Positions 60,881-64,000 of a stretch of 64,000 bases of DNA are shown one piece after another. Every line of letters begins with the position of its first letter. The first letter of the stretch is position 1. The translations under genes and the position numbers were made by a program. Below the pieces are notes generated by a model. It made no database searches. It was not told the origin of the DNA and saw nothing but the letters and a program-made list of their open reading frames with translations. This stretch comes from Epiperipatus broadwayi (Eukaryota; Animalia; Onychophora): assembly GCA_028023455.1 (NCBI GenBank), contig JAQFVV010000001.1, positions 25,420,001 to 25,484,000 on the forward strand, given 5' to 3'.

Positions 60881-63661
60881 ATATTGGAAGGCAAATTAAA
60901 AAATAAATTAGAATTAGCTTGAATTTTTGACTTTTAAGCAGAAAGGCTTGTTTCTAAATAATAACAATTTTATAAAATTTTAATAATAAAACTAATCATG
61001 ACCTTAATTCTTAATTATTGGGCTAATATTTTCAATGGAGATATAAAGATTTATATTTGGAAATTCCAAGAGAACTTGTGAAAAAAAAAAAAAAGAAATG
61101 AAAGAAACATTTGATAAAACAGAGTTTTGTAGATAACTATAAACTCACTGAATAATGGCTTTATTTTAAAAAAATGGTTAAGGAGTTTTAAAACATTTTA
61201 TTTCTTTAACTATTTTGTTTTCCAACATATTAATAGTCTTTTTTTTCTCATTTTCATGCAATTTTAATAAATACTTACAATTACTTTATTATAAAGTAAT
61301 TTTAATAATAATAGTAATAATAATAACAAAAACAACAATTTAATTCCATTCAATTTATCTAAATAAAAACATTCTAGAGGTATTCATCAAAAACATAATT
61401 ACATATTACAATATTAATAATAAACAAAAAAAAATAGTATTATATAAAAGAATATTAAATTACATTATGTAACAGATAAGTAAATACATAAAAAATATAA
61501 AATGAAGGGCTACCAATTAAGTAGTCAGTATAATAGTGAGTAAAGAAGCAAGAAATTTTAAAATATAGAACAAAAGATCATTAATAATTAAACAAAAGGA
61601 AAAATCAAATGCTGGTTAAATTTTCTCAATCTAAATTTAAAATGAAAGAAAAAAATAATGAAATTATAATGATAGTTTTAGAATTTTAATTAGATTTATA
61701 GTTGAAAGAAATTTTGATGAAGATAATCATTGGCCAGATAAAGCCATTGAAAGGTACTTTTCTTTTTTGAAAATATTAATTCAAAAATGTAATCTTAAAA
61801 TTATATGCAATAAGCTAATATATTCATTTGAAAAAGAAGTGGAATATAAAATTGTGTAATTAAATGTAAAATAATCTTTATCTAATAGGAATGTAAAATA
61901 ATTTTGTAAATTTTCTAATCAAGAAAAAAAAAAGATTAAGTTGTTTCATTGCAATCTGTAATTGAAAAAAGAAGATTGAAATTATTTAATGATATGGATC
62001 TCTAAGACAATGGCTACTCAAGAGTATCAAAGCTAATAAATTTTTATTTGTTTGATTTTTGTTATTGAAGTTATTAGTGAGAGAAAATTATTATTATTGA
62101 AGTTATTAAATAAGTTTATTCACCATAATTTTGAAGTTATGCAGATTATTCAAATGCTGTAATTTTGCTATCATATTATTGAGTGCTGTGATCTTCACCA
62201 TTGTGGACTTTTAGCAATGTATAATAATCTCTGCAGATATTCTAACACCACCATGTCCTACTAGATTTGTAAAAGAGCTGTTCATTTAGTTTTTCACCAG
62301 GAAGTTCCTACAGGATTTAATAGCCTGAGATATTACCAAAAACCTTGATCTGCCATTGCTGAGACATATGCCTGTTACTCATCCAAGACTACTGCTAAAC
62401 AATAAAATGAAATGAAAGATAGATGCTGCCCCAAGAAAACTGGAAACTAATTCAAGAACACCATTCAGAAACTCTAGATGACAGGGGTGATTACCCCAAA
62501 AAATCTATAGCCAAAACTTAGGTTAATGTTAAAAAAAAACATAGTCTAGACTTAAACTGAAACACAAGGGATAAGATTTATATTTTCTTTATGAACTTTT
62601 TAAAAACTAGAAATGTGTAAACTCTCACTTTCAAATTTAAATTAGAGTTAATTATGCTAAAATAACATTGTAATTGGTTCAATTTTATTTTATTTTATTT
62701 TATTCTTCTTGTTGTTGTCATAATTTGATTTGTAAATAAATATGATGTTTTAATTGTCAATTTGACCTAAATTCTCTTCTCTATATATTACCATATAAAA
62801 TTTAGTTAAGACAAAATTTGTCAATTATATTGATTTGTGTTTTAAACATGCATTATTTGATGGCTTAAATTAGGGGAGTTTTCTTAAAGTTTATTTGCAA
62901 TAACTGTAGAATCAAGTGCTAGGAGCATTTGAGATCTTCTCTTGTGACTATTCTAGCTAATTCTCTGGATGTATTCTGGGTTTTTATCCCAGAATAAGTA
63001 AAAAGTATTCATAGGAGAGATATTTTGCTTTTAGCAGTTATAGAATGAGTGAAAATAAATAAAAGTGACATTCTGTTATAATTAATATCATTAATATATG
63101 TTGATCAGACTTTTTATTTTATTCTTAGTTAAATGTTGAATAACACACCATGATGATAAAAGTCATTAAATAATCTTGGAAGTCTAAATAATGCAATTTT
63201 TTAAAATGATTAGTTCTAAATTTTGCAACATAAAAAGTCTTACCTTGTTTTAAATACCTGTCAGGAACCCTGTCCAAACTGTTACTTGTACAGTTTATAA
63301 TGTTAATTTGTCTCTTAAGTACTTTTGCAAAAAAAATATTATTAAGATTTTTTTATAAGTTTTGAAGGAAGCATGAGGAAAGTTATAAACAGTGTGATAT
63401 TTTGTACTATAATAACTTATAAATTTTGTTTGTACAACATCCGGTACTCTACTATGAGAGTGATTGTCTGAGTTCCAAACAATAGTTTAGAATTGATAAT
63501 ACTAAAAGGATGTTCATAAATTTCTCTATTGAGAAATTTTATTTCCTTAAAGATACAACCTATAACTTTAAATGATTTAGAACAAATATTATATATAAAT
63601 TGTAAGTAGTAATTTATAATTTGAAACAATACTAAAATGTTTATGTTGATTTTCTTTTAAA

Positions 63662-63730
63662 ATATAATAATAATAATGATGATGATGATAGTAATAACAA
63701 TAATAATAATGATGATGATGATGATGCTGA
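63662..63730. repeat. Compound (AAT)n/(GAT)n microsatellite
   Basis: Directly visible alternating aat and gat runs. Confidence 0.9.
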
Positions 63731-64000
63731 TATTGTTTATCTATAGTTTTTTATAGAAATTTTTCTGCTGTTTCAAGTAGCAAAAATTCGATGAAAAAAA
63801 TCAACTAACTTCTTTATAAACATAGGCTTCTATCAAACAAACCTATCATTATCAATAGTATGAGAAATAATTTAATATTTCATTAAACATAGCCACACTA
63901 TCCCTATTAAATATTCTCACATACATCAACATGATTTTATACAAATTTTAGAATAATTAAAATGAATTTGCTTAAACACTTTGCATTATTAATGACATTA

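Overview
This is AT-rich, CpG-poor metazoan (probably invertebrate) genomic DNA; nothing prokaryotic and no CRISPR array was seen. Five + strand exons (11235-11367, 21574-21681, 27727-27849, 54276-54375, 58163-58401) splice in frame into TM2-TM7 of a GABA-B-type class C GPCR (GABBR2-like). Its large introns hold a near-intact 5'-truncated CR1-clade LINE (41.8-45.5 kb), degraded RTE, L1/Tx1 and Gypsy remnants, TIR elements, satellites and a Penelope-like (PLE) GIY-YIG fragment forming a ~507-bp inverted repeat. The most notable finding is two unrelated small repeat families, each carrying a type I hammerhead ribozyme with a palindromic stem III. One has a ~178-nt unit with intact cores at 17.4 and 55.4 kb. 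The other has a ~430-450-nt unit found as head-to-tail dimers plus inverted copies at 10-11 and 60-61 kb. Both resemble non-LTR retrozymes, and one fold-back copy at 53.1-53.3 kb is hinged at the predicted ribozyme cleavage site. All calls come from reading the sequence by eye; no searches or folding programs were run, and boundaries of degraded elements are approximate.
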